Assembly: GCA_963678915.1 (NCBI GenBank)
Contig: OY787458.1
Span: forward strand, 4,393,231 to 4,457,230
DNA: 64,000 bases
Direction: 5' to 3'
Source: Prolixibacteraceae bacterium
Lineage (GTDB): Bacteria; Bacteroidota; Bacteroidia; Bacteroidales; Prolixibacteraceae
This document shows, in pieces, positions 9,883-19,500 of the stretch. The translations under genes were made by a program, and so were the position numbers. Within the stretch, counting starts at the first letter, position 1, and every line of letters begins with the position of its first letter. Under the pieces are notes generated by a model. That model saw nothing but the letters and a program-made list of their open reading frames with translations, did no database searches and was not told the DNA's origin.

Positions 9883-10977
9883 ATGAGTGAGTGGAAAGAA
9901 TATAAACTTGGTGATGTAATCAACCTAAAAAGAGGATACGACTTACCTAATTCCAAAAGGAGACCTGGGATATATCCAATAGTCAGTTCCTCAGGGATAA
10001 CTGATTTTCACAAAGAATACATGAAATTGCCTCCGGGTGTTGTTACAGGACGATATGGCACAATAGGTAAGGTTTTTTTTATTGCAGAGCCATACTGGCC
10101 CTTAAATACTGCCCTTTATGTTACAGATTTCAAGGGAAATGATCCTAAATTTATTTTTTACTTTCTTCAATCTTTTGATTTTGAAAAGTTCAGTGATAAA
10201 AGCACAGTACCCGGGATTAATCGGAATCATTTACACACAGAAAATGTAATTATCCCTCAAGTACCAGAGCAACACGCCATTGTCTCGGTCCTTTCCAGTC
10301 TTGACGATAAAATAGACCTGCTACACCGCCAAAATGCCACCCTCGAAAAAATGGCCGAAACGCTTTTTAGGCAGTGGTTTGTGGAGGAAGCAAAGGAGGA
10401 TTGGGCTGAAAAATCGTTGAGTTCAATTGCTGATTTTCTTAATGGATTAGCGTGTCAAAAGTTTCCACCTAAAAATGATCTCGAAAAACTTCCGGTTTTA
10501 AAGATAAAGGATTTAAGTAGCGGAATTACTGAAAATTCAGATTGGGCATCAACTAATGTTAAGCCGGAATATGTTGTAAAAAATGGAGATGTAATTTTTG
10601 CATGGTCAGCTTCATTAATGGTAAAAATTTGGAATGGTGATGATTGCATTTTAAACCAGCATTTATTTAAGGTTACGTCTCCATTTTACCCAAAATGGTT
10701 TTATTACTTGTGGTGCAAATATCATTTGGAAGAATTCATTGCAAAAGCAGCCAGCCACGCAACCACAATGGGACATATTAAAAGGGGAGATTTGGACGAA
10801 GCGATGGTTCAAGTTCCATCTAAGAATGAGTTGAATGAAATGACTTTGACCATTCAACCAATAATGGATAAATTAATATTCAACAACAACCAAATCCGCA
10901 CTCTCACAACACTCCGGGATACTTTATTGCCGAAGTTGATGAGTGGAGAGGTAAGGGTGGAAAGGCCTGAATTATGA
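9883..10977 (+). CDS. hsdS: Type I R-M specificity subunit S
   Basis: Two TRDs, PQVPEQHAIVSVLSSLDDKIDL central helix, LRDTLLPKLMSGE C-terminus. Confidence 0.92.
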   Translation: MSEWKEYKLGDVINLKRGYDLPNSKRRPGIYPIVSSSGITDFHKEYMKLPPGVVTGRYGTIGKVFFIAEPYWPLNTALYVTDFKGNDPKFIFYFLQSFDFEKFSDKSTVPGINRNHLHTENVIIPQVPEQHAIVSVLSSLDDKIDLLHRQNATLEKMAETLFRQWFVEEAKEDWAEKSLSSIADFLNGLACQKFPPKNDLEKLPVLKIKDLSSGITENSDWASTNVKPEYVVKNGDVIFAWSASLMVKIWNGDDCILNQHLFKVTSPFYPKWFYYLWCKYHLEEFIAKAASHATTMGHIKRGDLDEAMVQVPSKNELNEMTLTIQPIMDKLIFNNNQIRTLTTLRDTLLPKLMSGEVRVERPEL

Positions 10978-11090
10978 GATATAGGAATAAAAAAATCAAG
11001 CGTCGTAGGCTTCAGCTTGTAAGAGATAGAAGAAGGCATAAAAGAATAAAAAGCAAGAGGAAAGGAAGACAAGTAGCCGTTATTCATAAA
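10974..11090 (+). pseudogene. 5' fragment of a Lys/Arg-rich gene truncated by IS3
   Basis: ATG overlaps the hsdS stop (ATGA); 39 codons MRYRNKKIKRRRLQLVRDRRRHKRIKSKRKGRQVAVIHK end exactly at the IS left end. Confidence 0.55.
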
Positions 11091-11166
11091 TGTACGTCTT
11101 CAAAACAAAGTGAACTATTTGGGTAAAAAAATAAGAGACACTTTTTTTTCTTGATTCAAGGATAAA

Positions 11167-12240
11167 TTAAAATTTTGAGATTTTGGTTTTAGCGTCGTAA
11201 AATTTATTTCCGACAAGCATTTTCCTGGTTTTTTGATGACCCGAAAATGCGTCAGAATAAATTTTACCGGCGGAGGTTGTTGCATAGTACATTCGCTTTC
11301 TTTCCATGATGGTTTTTTGTTTGATTTTCTTTCGATGCTTTAAAATCCGGTCAGCCCGGCCAAAGTACATATCGGCCGGAGTCACGTTTTTTAATGATTC
11401 GTGGTAGCGTTGGTGGTTGTAATACTCCACGAAGTGTTTCAGTGCATGTTCCAGTTCCATTGGGCTGTAATAAACATCGAGTTTAATCACGTTTTTCATC
11501 GAGCGGTGATAGCGTTCGATTTTGCCCTGTGTTTGCGGATGTCCCGGACGGCCATGAATGGGTTTGATCTTCTGCTTTTCCAGGTACTTTTTAAAGTCAA
11601 GAGCCACGTAGCTGCTTCCATTATCGCTCAATAGTTTAGGCATCTGGTTTTTCGAAAGATTCGATTTGAGCAGTGCTTCTTCGATGGTTTGGGCGGCATC
11701 GGCGGCGGTCATGGTGCTGCAAAGTTTCCAGTGGACGATGAACCGGCTGTAATCGTCCAGTACCGTTGACAGGTAATACCAGCCCCATCCGGGGACCTTA
11801 AAATAAGTAAAATCGGTCTGCCACATTTGATTTGGCCGAATGGTTTTATCCTTAAACTCATCGGAGGCTTTAATTAATTCAAAGGCAGGTTCCTGTATTA
11901 ATCCCTGGGCTTTGAGTATCCGGTATGCCGAACTTTCTGAAACATATTTCCGGTAATTGTCGGTGTACAACCACGCTATTTCGCGCGGAGCTTTCTGCGG
12001 GTGATCCAATGCCAGTTCGGTAATGAGTTGTTTTTCCGATTCCGGAATCTGATTCCAGAACTGCTTTTTGGTGACCGGCTTTTGAGCCAGTCCATCGTAA
12101 CCATCAGCCAGATAAGCATTGTACCAGGAGTAGAATGTGGGTTTGTTAATCCTCAATTCCCTAAGAGTTTTATTGACGCTCGTAGTGCTTTGTTCTACAA
12201 GTCGGATGATTTCAAATTTTTCGGTCTGGGAGAGTCTCAT
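11167..12240 (-). CDS. IS3 transposase OrfB (DDE integrase core)
   Basis: WQTDFTY, VLDDYSR, SDNGSSY, GKIERYH motifs. Confidence 0.92.
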   Translation of the reverse strand: MRLSQTEKFEIIRLVEQSTTSVNKTLRELRINKPTFYSWYNAYLADGYDGLAQKPVTKKQFWNQIPESEKQLITELALDHPQKAPREIAWLYTDNYRKYVSESSAYRILKAQGLIQEPAFELIKASDEFKDKTIRPNQMWQTDFTYFKVPGWGWYYLSTVLDDYSRFIVHWKLCSTMTAADAAQTIEEALLKSNLSKNQMPKLLSDNGSSYVALDFKKYLEKQKIKPIHGRPGHPQTQGKIERYHRSMKNVIKLDVYYSPMELEHALKHFVEYYNHQRYHESLKNVTPADMYFGRADRILKHRKKIKQKTIMERKRMYYATTSAGKIYSDAFSGHQKTRKMLVGNKFYDAKTKISKF

Positions 12241-12260
12241 GTATTTCTTATTTATGGATT

Positions 12261-12641
12261 CTACTCCAAGCCAGTCACACTTTTTTTTAGCAATTCGTTG
12301 TGCAGGTACAAATCGGCCAACGCTTTTTTCAGGTTGTCGTTTTCCCGCCTCAGATGCTCAACTTCAGCCGTATTGGCACTTCGGTCGGTGTCCCCATTTA
12401 AACGTTTTTTACCGGCTTCCAGAAAATCTTTGCTCCACTTGTAGTACAAACTATCGTTAATGCCGTATTTGCGGCATATAGAGGCAACGGTATCTTCTCC
12501 GCGCATTCCCTCGATAACGATCCTGATTTTTTCTTCGGCACTGAATAGTTTCCGGGTTTGTTGCTTGATGTCTTTGATAACACCTTCGGCATGCTTCTTT
12601 TTTACAGTCATTTTGTTACTCTTTTTTGTATTAAACTTCAC
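12261..12641 (-). CDS. IS3 transposase OrfA (HTH); A8G slippery site at 12280-12288 for -1 frameshift into OrfB
   Basis: FSAEEKIRIVIEG...YYKWSKDFLEAG HTH; AAAAAAAAG near the orfA end; the -1 frame reads KKCDWLGVESINKKYMRLSQ into OrfB. Confidence 0.88.
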   Translation of the reverse strand: MKFNTKKSNKMTVKKKHAEGVIKDIKQQTRKLFSAEEKIRIVIEGMRGEDTVASICRKYGINDSLYYKWSKDFLEAGKKRLNGDTDRSANTAEVEHLRRENDNLKKALADLYLHNELLKKSVTGLE

Positions 12642-12696
12642 AAAATGTCTCTTTGTTTTGCAACACTACCAGTTCACTTTTAGCTGAAGATTTACA

Positions 12697-12887
12697 CACT
12701 CGAAAAGTTGACCCGCGATGTGGTAGAACAAAATAGTATTGATGCCACCGTCACCAAAGTCGAGGACATCATGGAAATCATGAAATATGGTGTGATGACT
12801 ACTCCAGCTCTCGTGGTAAACGGAAAAGTAGAAATTAAAGGACGTGTTCCTTCTTCAGACGAAATCAAGCAAGTATTAACACGATAA
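12697..12887 (+). pseudogene. Small thioredoxin-like (MTH895/ArsE-type) gene with 5' end, including the CxxC, removed at the IS boundary
   Basis: Manual translation from the IS end: TLEKLTRDVVEQNSIDATVTKVEDIMEIMKYGVMTTPALVVNGKVEIKGRVPSSDEIKQVLTR*. Confidence 0.8.
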
Positions 12888-12897
12888 AACATTCGGC

Positions 12898-13302
12898 ATG
12901 AAAAAAGTTATTTTCTTAAGTTTTGCCCTGATAATAATGAGCAGTTTGATCTGTAATGCTCAAACCGCAAAAAAGGAAACGGCAGTTTCGGGAAATCAGA
13001 TAGAAGCCTATTATTTTCATAACACCGTACGTTATGAAACATGCAGAACAGTGGAGGCTCAGGCAAAAGCTGATTTATTAAACCTTTATGGTGATCAGGT
13101 TACATTTAAGGCTTTAAATCTTGAAGATGATGCACCCAAACCAATTGCCGAAAAATTAAAGGTTTCAGGTCAAACACTGTTAATTGTAAAAAATGATCAA
13201 AAAATTAACCTTACCAACGAAGGATTTCTGTATGCTGTAACCAACCCTGCGAAATTTAAATCAATTATAAAAGCAAAGGTTGACCCACTGTTAGATTTAT
13301 AA
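12898..13302 (+). CDS. arsF: ArsF-family exported thioredoxin-fold protein with altered redox motif (RYETC)
   Basis: Signal peptide; IEAYYFH..RxxTC..E pattern and SGQTLLIVK; lies between thioredoxin-like and ArsG-like genes. Confidence 0.65.
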   Translation: MKKVIFLSFALIIMSSLICNAQTAKKETAVSGNQIEAYYFHNTVRYETCRTVEAQAKADLLNLYGDQVTFKALNLEDDAPKPIAEKLKVSGQTLLIVKNDQKINLTNEGFLYAVTNPAKFKSIIKAKVDPLLDL

Positions 13303-13306
13303 TTCA

Positions 13307-14059
13307 ATGGATTTTCTGACCAATCTTCTTGAAAACAGCACCATGCCATGGCTTTCGGCATTGGTGCTGGGTTTAATGACAGCCATTAGTCCTTGCCCGC
13401 TGGCCACCAATATCACGGCGGTTGGTTTTATCAGCAAGGACATCGAAAACCGCAACCGTGTTTTCGTTAACGGGTTGCTTTATACGCTTGGACGTGCAAT
13501 TTCTTACACTGCAATTGCCCTAATCATTTATTTTGGAGCAGATCAGTTTAAGTTCTCTGGCTTCTTTCAGTTATATGGTGAAAAAATAATTAGACCATTA
13601 TTGTTTATTATTGGTTTATTTATGCTCGATGTGATTAAAATTAAGTTTCCGGGAATGAGCGGATTGACTTCAAAAATGGAGGCCAAGACCAAATGGGGAT
13701 TTTTTGATGCCATTTTACTTGGGATGATTTTCGCACTGGCTTTTTGTCCCTACAGCGGCGTTCTTTATTTTGGGATGCTCGTCCCAATGACTGTTGCAAG
13801 CGCATCAGGCTTATATCTGCCAATCCTACTGTTGAAACACCAGTTGAGAGATCAAGAAATATCCCAACCTTATTGCTCAGGTGATATTCGGCTCCAATGT
13901 GTAAATCCAGAAATAAAGGATTTCCATCGCTATTATGACCATTATCCCATGATATCTATCGTTCTATTTGTTATTGCCATTTTCATGGTCACGGTAATTG
14001 TTCCTATTTCTGTTTTCTATCATTTCCGCGCCTGCCATTTCCATTATAATCTCGGTTGA
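13307..14059 (+). pseudogene. arsG: ArsG-family (DsbD/CcdA-like) permease; homology appears to end near 13824, followed by an unrelated read-through tail
   Basis: GLMTAISPCPLATNITA and ALAFCPYSGVLYF motifs; after GLYLPI the sequence is hydrophilic and antisense to other coding remnants. Confidence 0.65.
13819..13956 (-). pseudogene. Possible C-terminal remnant of an outer-membrane beta-barrel protein
   Basis: Minus-frame ISWDNGHNSDGNPLFLDLHIGAEYHLSNKVGIFLDLSTGVSTVGL shows alternating beta-strand pattern; no start, preceded by a stop. Confidence 0.4.
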
Positions 14060-14498
14060 CTTTTTGATTATTGCGACCTTTCGAATAGCTTCCTTCTTTG
14101 TAATTTCCTCTTTCAGGTCTTTCACCTATATTATGCTGCTCCTGACCTCGATATCCTCTGGCATATTGCATTTTATGCTGACGAAAATTAGAATATGGCC
14201 GATCTCCACGATAGTCTGACATTGGTACTTTATATCCGTTATACAGATCGTAGTTTCTGTAACGAGTCGGAAGTGATGACCGACGAACCCATGAGTATCC
14301 GTTGTAATAAATAAACACCGACGAGGGAATATCATAATAAGCTTCAACATCGGGCAGGTAGTAATATCTGACATCAGAATATCCAACCGGACCCCATTGT
14401 GGTGGTGTTCCTAGATTGACACGCACTGATATCTGTGCCTGAACTGAACCTGAAAATAGCAGCAGCATTCCTATAACCAGCAATTTTAAAGTTTTCAT
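14004..14498 (-). CDS. Secreted hypothetical protein with low-complexity R/G/N tail
   Basis: Signal peptide MKTLKLL...VQA, conserved-looking VNLGTPPQWGPVGYSDVRYYYLPDVEAYYD; ORF track starts at 14525. Confidence 0.7.
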   Translation of the reverse strand: MKTLKLLVIGMLLLFSGSVQAQISVRVNLGTPPQWGPVGYSDVRYYYLPDVEAYYDIPSSVFIYYNGYSWVRRSSLPTRYRNYDLYNGYKVPMSDYRGDRPYSNFRQHKMQYARGYRGQEQHNIGERPERGNYKEGSYSKGRNNQKVNRDYNGNGRRGNDRKQK

Positions 14499-14521
14499 TT
14501 TATTTGATTTTAATAATGATT

Positions 14522-15319
14522 TCATTCATCTAATAGTTTATAAAGTTCTTTCAGGTTTGGTGATAGAATAACTTCGGTTCTTCGGTTTGCAGCGCGGCCA
14601 TCAACGGTATCGTTCGATTTTACCGGGTGAAATTCGCTTCTGCCAGTCGCTGTAATCCGATTCGAATCAAACCCATTATCAATGGTCAAAATACGTACGA
14701 TAGATGTAGCTCTTGCTGTGCTCAGGTCCCAGTTATCCTGAAATTGTTTTGTCTTGATCGGAACATTATCAGTGTGCCCTTCTATCAGAACGGAGATATC
14801 TTTTGTGCTGTTGAGTACCTGTGCTAACGATTTGAGCGCTTCTTTTCCTTTAGGGTCAACCACATCGCTGCCCGATTTAAACAACAATTTTTCCTGAAGC
14901 GAAACATATACGTTTCCGTCCTTAGTGTATATGGAAAGCTCATCTGTTTTGTAATTCATCAGTGCATTAGCTACAGAATTCTTCAATCCCAACATCATAT
15001 CCTTTTGAGCCTGAATCATATTCTGAAGCAGTTTTAAGCGCGTTGCCTGATCGGCGATTGTCATTTTCGATTCAGAAGAGAGAGCTTTCAGATCTTTTTG
15101 AACCAGAGCATTTGCATCTTGAAGTGAGTTTTTTTCTTCACCCAGTCTTTTTACCAGTTCATTGCAAGCATCCAACTGTTTTTGTTTATCTGCATTAACT
15201 AGTTCTAATTGATCGACCTGGGCTCTTGAACTCACCAGTTTTTTGCCAGGGCCGCAGGATAACAACGGAAGGCTTAGTACCAAGGCTAAAAAAGCGAGCG
15301 AGTGAAATGATTTTTTCAT
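14522..15319 (-). CDS. OmpA/MotB-family lipoprotein with coiled coil
   Basis: Lipobox LLSC; IEGHTDNVP, NWDLSTARA and NRRTEV peptidoglycan-binding motifs. Confidence 0.88.
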   Translation of the reverse strand: MKKSFHSLAFLALVLSLPLLSCGPGKKLVSSRAQVDQLELVNADKQKQLDACNELVKRLGEEKNSLQDANALVQKDLKALSSESKMTIADQATRLKLLQNMIQAQKDMMLGLKNSVANALMNYKTDELSIYTKDGNVYVSLQEKLLFKSGSDVVDPKGKEALKSLAQVLNSTKDISVLIEGHTDNVPIKTKQFQDNWDLSTARATSIVRILTIDNGFDSNRITATGRSEFHPVKSNDTVDGRAANRRTEVILSPNLKELYKLLDE

Positions 15320-15345
15320 TTTGACATTTTAAATGATTAATGACA

Positions 15346-15414
15346 CAAAGTTCACCAACATTCGAACCGAAAGTGTTACATAACTTTAACTATCTATTGT
15401 ATAATTCACACATT
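15346..15414 (-). promoter_or_regulatory. Island motif copy 1 + -7-like element (upstream of ompA/motB)
   Basis: aatgtgtgaattatacaat-N11-gttatgtaac-N21-gaactttg. Confidence 0.75.
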
Positions 15415-15469
15415 ATCAGTTTAGTTTTTGATAAGAGAGATTTTCCGGATCAGTAATGCTATAAAACCA

Positions 15470-15502
15470 AAAGAGGCTGAACTCGATTGAGCCAGCCTCT
15501 TT
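15470..15502 (-). terminator. Intrinsic terminator after the DUF4382 gene
   Basis: aaagaggctg...cagcctcttt hairpin followed by Ts on the minus strand. Confidence 0.7.
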
Positions 15503-15524
15503 ACCTGTTGTTGAAAAATCAAAC

Positions 15525-16322
15525 TTATAATAATATTGTAATTCCCAAATCGGTTGATGCTCCTACAACAACTGTCTTTCCAGTCAGTGTTATCGGAAGT
15601 AAAGGAAGAACAGGAGTGATCGTAATAATGTAGGTGCCTAAAGGCAAACCTGCAATAAGAAAACTACCGTTTGCAGCCGTTACAGTGGTATAGGTAACTC
15701 CATTTGATGTAGCTGATATCAATACATTTCCGGTAAGTGGCGAAACACTTCCTTTTATTGAACCCGAGATTGCAGTATCAATAGTCCGGATAACTGGTTT
15801 CAGCTGATATTCATTATTACCCGTAAGAACAATTGATTGGCTTGCATCAAAATCGAGAAGGATGGTGTATTCAACACCGGCTTCGAAGGTTTGATTAACC
15901 GCAAGTTTTAATCCCGATTGCATAGCGCTTGGTGTAGTTAATGGATATACAACACCTGCGACCTTTACAGAATTATTGGTTCCCAATATCAACCTGATTT
16001 GAGAAACAGTTCCTGCATTCAGACCACCTGTTGCAATCAGGGCGTTTACTCCGTTTGACAATTCAAGAAGATTGTAAACTTTAGCAGTAGTGTTAAGCAT
16101 AACTGCATTTCCTCTATCACCTGTTACTTCCACTCCCTGCACATCAACCATTACTGCATCGAAGTTTGCCGGGGCGTCAGTCATCCGAACTGTGAGTAGT
16201 GCTTGTTTGTCAGTTGTTGAGTCCTTGGTACATGATGTTATCTGCACGACCAGCAAGCCAACGAAGGCTACATAAATTAGCTTTTTCAGGATTGCGCTTT
16301 TGTTTCTTTGTAATGTTTTCAT
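15525..16322 (-). CDS. DUF4382-domain lipoprotein with C-terminal carboxypeptidase-regulatory-like domain
   Basis: Lipobox ITSC; VRMTDAP, VYNLLEL, SQIRLILG, SGLKL, LDFDASQSI, YQLKPVIR motifs. Confidence 0.85.
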   Translation of the reverse strand: MKTLQRNKSAILKKLIYVAFVGLLVVQITSCTKDSTTDKQALLTVRMTDAPANFDAVMVDVQGVEVTGDRGNAVMLNTTAKVYNLLELSNGVNALIATGGLNAGTVSQIRLILGTNNSVKVAGVVYPLTTPSAMQSGLKLAVNQTFEAGVEYTILLDFDASQSIVLTGNNEYQLKPVIRTIDTAISGSIKGSVSPLTGNVLISATSNGVTYTTVTAANGSFLIAGLPLGTYIITITPVLPLLPITLTGKTVVVGASTDLGITILL

Positions 16323-16357
16323 GTTTTCGTTTAAATGATATGTAAAAATTTACTCAA

Positions 16358-16425
16358 CAAAAGTGAAGCTTTAAGAAGGATTAATGTTATACAATATTGT
16401 TTTTGAATTGCATAATTCACACATT
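16358..16425 (-). promoter_or_regulatory. Island motif copy 2 + -7-like element (upstream of DUF4382 gene)
   Basis: aatgtgtgaattatgcaat-N11-attgtataac-N20-cacttttg. Confidence 0.75.
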
Positions 16426-16469
16426 ATCAAAGTGATTATTGGTAGTTAGTTTCAATTGTAAAAAAAGAA

Positions 16470-16499
16470 AGGTCGTCTCATTTATTAGTGAGACGACCT
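16470..16499 (-). terminator. Intrinsic terminator after the giant repeat gene
   Basis: aggtcgtctca-tttattag-tgagacgacct hairpin followed by TTCTTTTTT on the minus strand. Confidence 0.75.
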
Positions 16500-16536
16500 A
16501 CTCTTTATTCAATCAATTCTGAAAGGCTGATTTTCT

Positions 16537-19500
16537 TTATTTTTTGTAAATAAGTCGGCCTGTCTGAACATTTCCATCAAGAATTAACCTGTAGATTAAA
16601 ATGCCAGGAACAACATTTATTGGCTGGTATTCGAGCTGGTTAACTGCTCCCATCTTAACATCTTTATCCATCAGGGTTGTAATCTTCTGGCCAAGAATGT
16701 TATTGATTTCGAGAACTGCATGGCTATCCTTAGCGGAAACAAATTCGAAAGTTACCTTATTCTGGAATGGATTTGGATAAACTTTCAGTGTACTGACTTC
16801 GAAGCCAGCAGGAGTAATTTGGGCAACTTTCGGAGCCTCCGGTGTAGTAGTTGGGCAAACGAGTTTTTGAGCATAGTATCCCATAAACAAACTGCATCCG
16901 TCGAATGCATTGTTAATTTGGTCAACTGCGCTGGCAATTGCTGTTAAGCTTGCACCTACTGTCATACCACCAAGAGCTCTGTTTGCGAGTTCGAATAATC
17001 CGGCAATGGTCTTATCTCCCGGTATTGCATTGATAATAGCCTGGTCAATCTGGAAGTAGCTGTAATTACAACCATCTACATTTGTAGTAGTTGATCCACA
17101 ACCTCCATCAGATTTTGCAGTTGCAATCCACATACCTGGCATTAATTCCAAATTACCCAGATTAATACTCATACCCAGGTTGAGACCTAAGGTAATTGTT
17201 TGAGCCAGTAATTTGTTATTAATCTTGGTCGTTTTACCCGTAGTTCTGGTATACAAGGTTTTAAATGCTGAACTGCTGATTGAGATATTACCGGCACTGA
17301 GTGCACCGATCCCGGCTCCACCAGGCAAATATTCAATAACCTTGCTGATATCGAGTGCAGAACTGGTTATAGAAATTGAATGACCAGCTTTCCCAATAAC
17401 CATAGTTCCACCGTACGAATTAATAGCGTGTTCGATTAATCCTGCGGTTGAGAACTGAGTTACACCATCGCATGACTTTCCTCCAGGATTTCCATAATAT
17501 CCCTGAGTATAAGTACAGATTGCCTGGCACGTTTTAACAGTGACATTTATACAGACTTCAGTAGAATTTCCACATTCGTCAGTAGCTATGAAACAAATCG
17601 GAGTGATGCCAACAGGATATTTATAATTATAAACATCTCCATTAACGCCATTGATTTTTGTGAAACGTTCAACCTGACCATCACAACCATCTATGAATAC
17701 TGGTTCTGGTATAATTACCTTTTCGTAGCATTCAAATACAAGGTCGGCTATTGGCTCTTGTAATTCAGGTCCGGTCAAATCAACTTTCCAGGTTACGGTA
17801 CGTGTTACCGGGGTAGCGGTGTTGCCGCAAAGGTCGGTAGCGTTCCATGTACGGGTCTGTGACTTGATACAGTCGCCTGTTACGGCACCATCGGTAAATG
17901 AAGGAACCAGAGCTCCGTCGCAAATATCCGAGGCAGTGGCTGTTCCCAAAGCGGCATTGATAGCAGCGGCATCAGGGTTACAACCAAGGGCTAAAGTAGT
18001 TCCTGTAGCTGCAATGACTGGTTTAACCAAATCAACTTTCCAGGTTACGGTACGTGTTACCGGGGTTGCGGTGTTGCCGCAAAGGTCGGTAGCGTTCCAT
18101 GTACGGGTCTGTGACTTGATACAGTCGCCTGTTACGGCACCATCGGTAAATGAAGGAACCAGAGCTCCGTCGCAAATATCCGAGGCAGTGGCTGTTCCCA
18201 AAGCGGCATTGATAGCAGCGGCATCAGGGTTACAACCAAGGGCTAAAGTAGTTCCTGTAGCTGCAATGACTGGTTTAACCAAATCAACTTTCCAGGTTAC
18301 GGTACGTGTTACCGGGGTAGCGGTGTTGCCGCAAAGGTCGGTAGCGTTCCATGTACGGGTCTGTGACTTGATACAGTCGCCTGTTACGGCACCATCGGTA
18401 AATGAAGGAACCAGAGCTCCGTCGCAAATATCCGAGGCAGTGGCTGTTCCCAAAGCGGCATTGATAGCAGCGGCATCAGGGTTACAACCAAGGGCTAAAG
18501 TAGTTCCTGTAGCTTCGATCACTGGTTTAACCAAATCAACTTTCCAGGTTACGGTACGTGTTACCGGGGTAGCGGTGTTGCCGCAAAGGTCGGTAGCGTT
18601 CCATGTACGGGTCTGTGACTTGATACAGTCGCCTGTTACGGCACCATCGGTAAATGAAGGAACCAGAGCTCCGTCGCAAATATCCGAGGCAGTGGCTGTT
18701 CCCAAAGCGGCATTGATAGCAGCGGCATCAGGGTTACAACCAAGGGCTAAAGTAGTTCCTGTAGCTGCAATGACTGGTTTAACCAAATCAACTTTCCAGG
18801 TTACGGTACGTGTTACCGGGGTAGCGGTGTTGCCGCAAAGGTCGGTAGCGTTCCATGTACGGGTCTGTGACTTGATACAGTCGCCTGTTACGGCACCATC
18901 GGTAAATGAAGGAACCAGAGCTCCGTCGCAAATATCCGAGGCAGTGGCTGTTCCCAAAGCGGCATTGATAGCAGCGGCATCAGGGTTACAACCAAGGGCT
19001 AAAGTAGTTCCTGTAGCTTCGATCACTGGTTTAACCAAATCAACTTTCCAGGTTACGGTACGTGTTACCGGGGTAGCGGTGTTGCCGCAAAGGTCGGTAG
19101 CGTTCCATGTACGGGTCTGTGACTTGATACAGTCGCCTGTTACGGCACCATCGGTAAATGAAGGAACCAGAGCTCCGTCGCAAATATCCGAGGCAGTGGC
19201 TGTTCCCAAAGCGGCATTGATAGCAGCGGCATCAGGGTTACAACCAAGGGCTAAAGTAGTTCCTGTAGCTTCGATCACTGGTTTAACCAAATCAACTTTC
19301 CAGGTTACGGTACGTGTTACCGGGGTTGCGGTGTTGCCGCAAAGGTCGGTAGCGTTCCATGTACGGGTCTGTGACTTGATACAGTCGCCTGTTACGGCAC
19401 CATCGGTAAATGAAGGAACCAGAGCTCCGTCGCAAATATCCGAGGCAGTGGCTGTTCCCAAAGCGGCATTGATAGCAGCGGCATCAGGGTTACAACCAAG

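Larger units (their letters stand above)
11091..12696 (-). mobile_element. IS3-family insertion sequence, no target-site duplication
   Basis: TG...CA ends with imperfect IRs: tgtacgtcttcaaaacaaagtgaact vs tgtaaatcttcagctaaaagtgaact (reverse complement). orfA/orfB arrangement. Flanks ...cataaa and cactcg... are not duplicated. Confidence 0.9.

Noticed and set aside
9883-10977. Phase-variable hsdS shufflon driven by the integrase
   Set aside because: Only one hsdS is present, with no silent TRD cassettes or flanking inverted repeats seen. The integrase has an arm-binding tRNA-island architecture.
12692-12892. 66-aa minus-strand ORF next to the IS and other short overlapping ORFs
   Set aside because: It is antisense to the thioredoxin remnant. 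The many short ORFs inside larger genes have no motifs and are treated as shadows.
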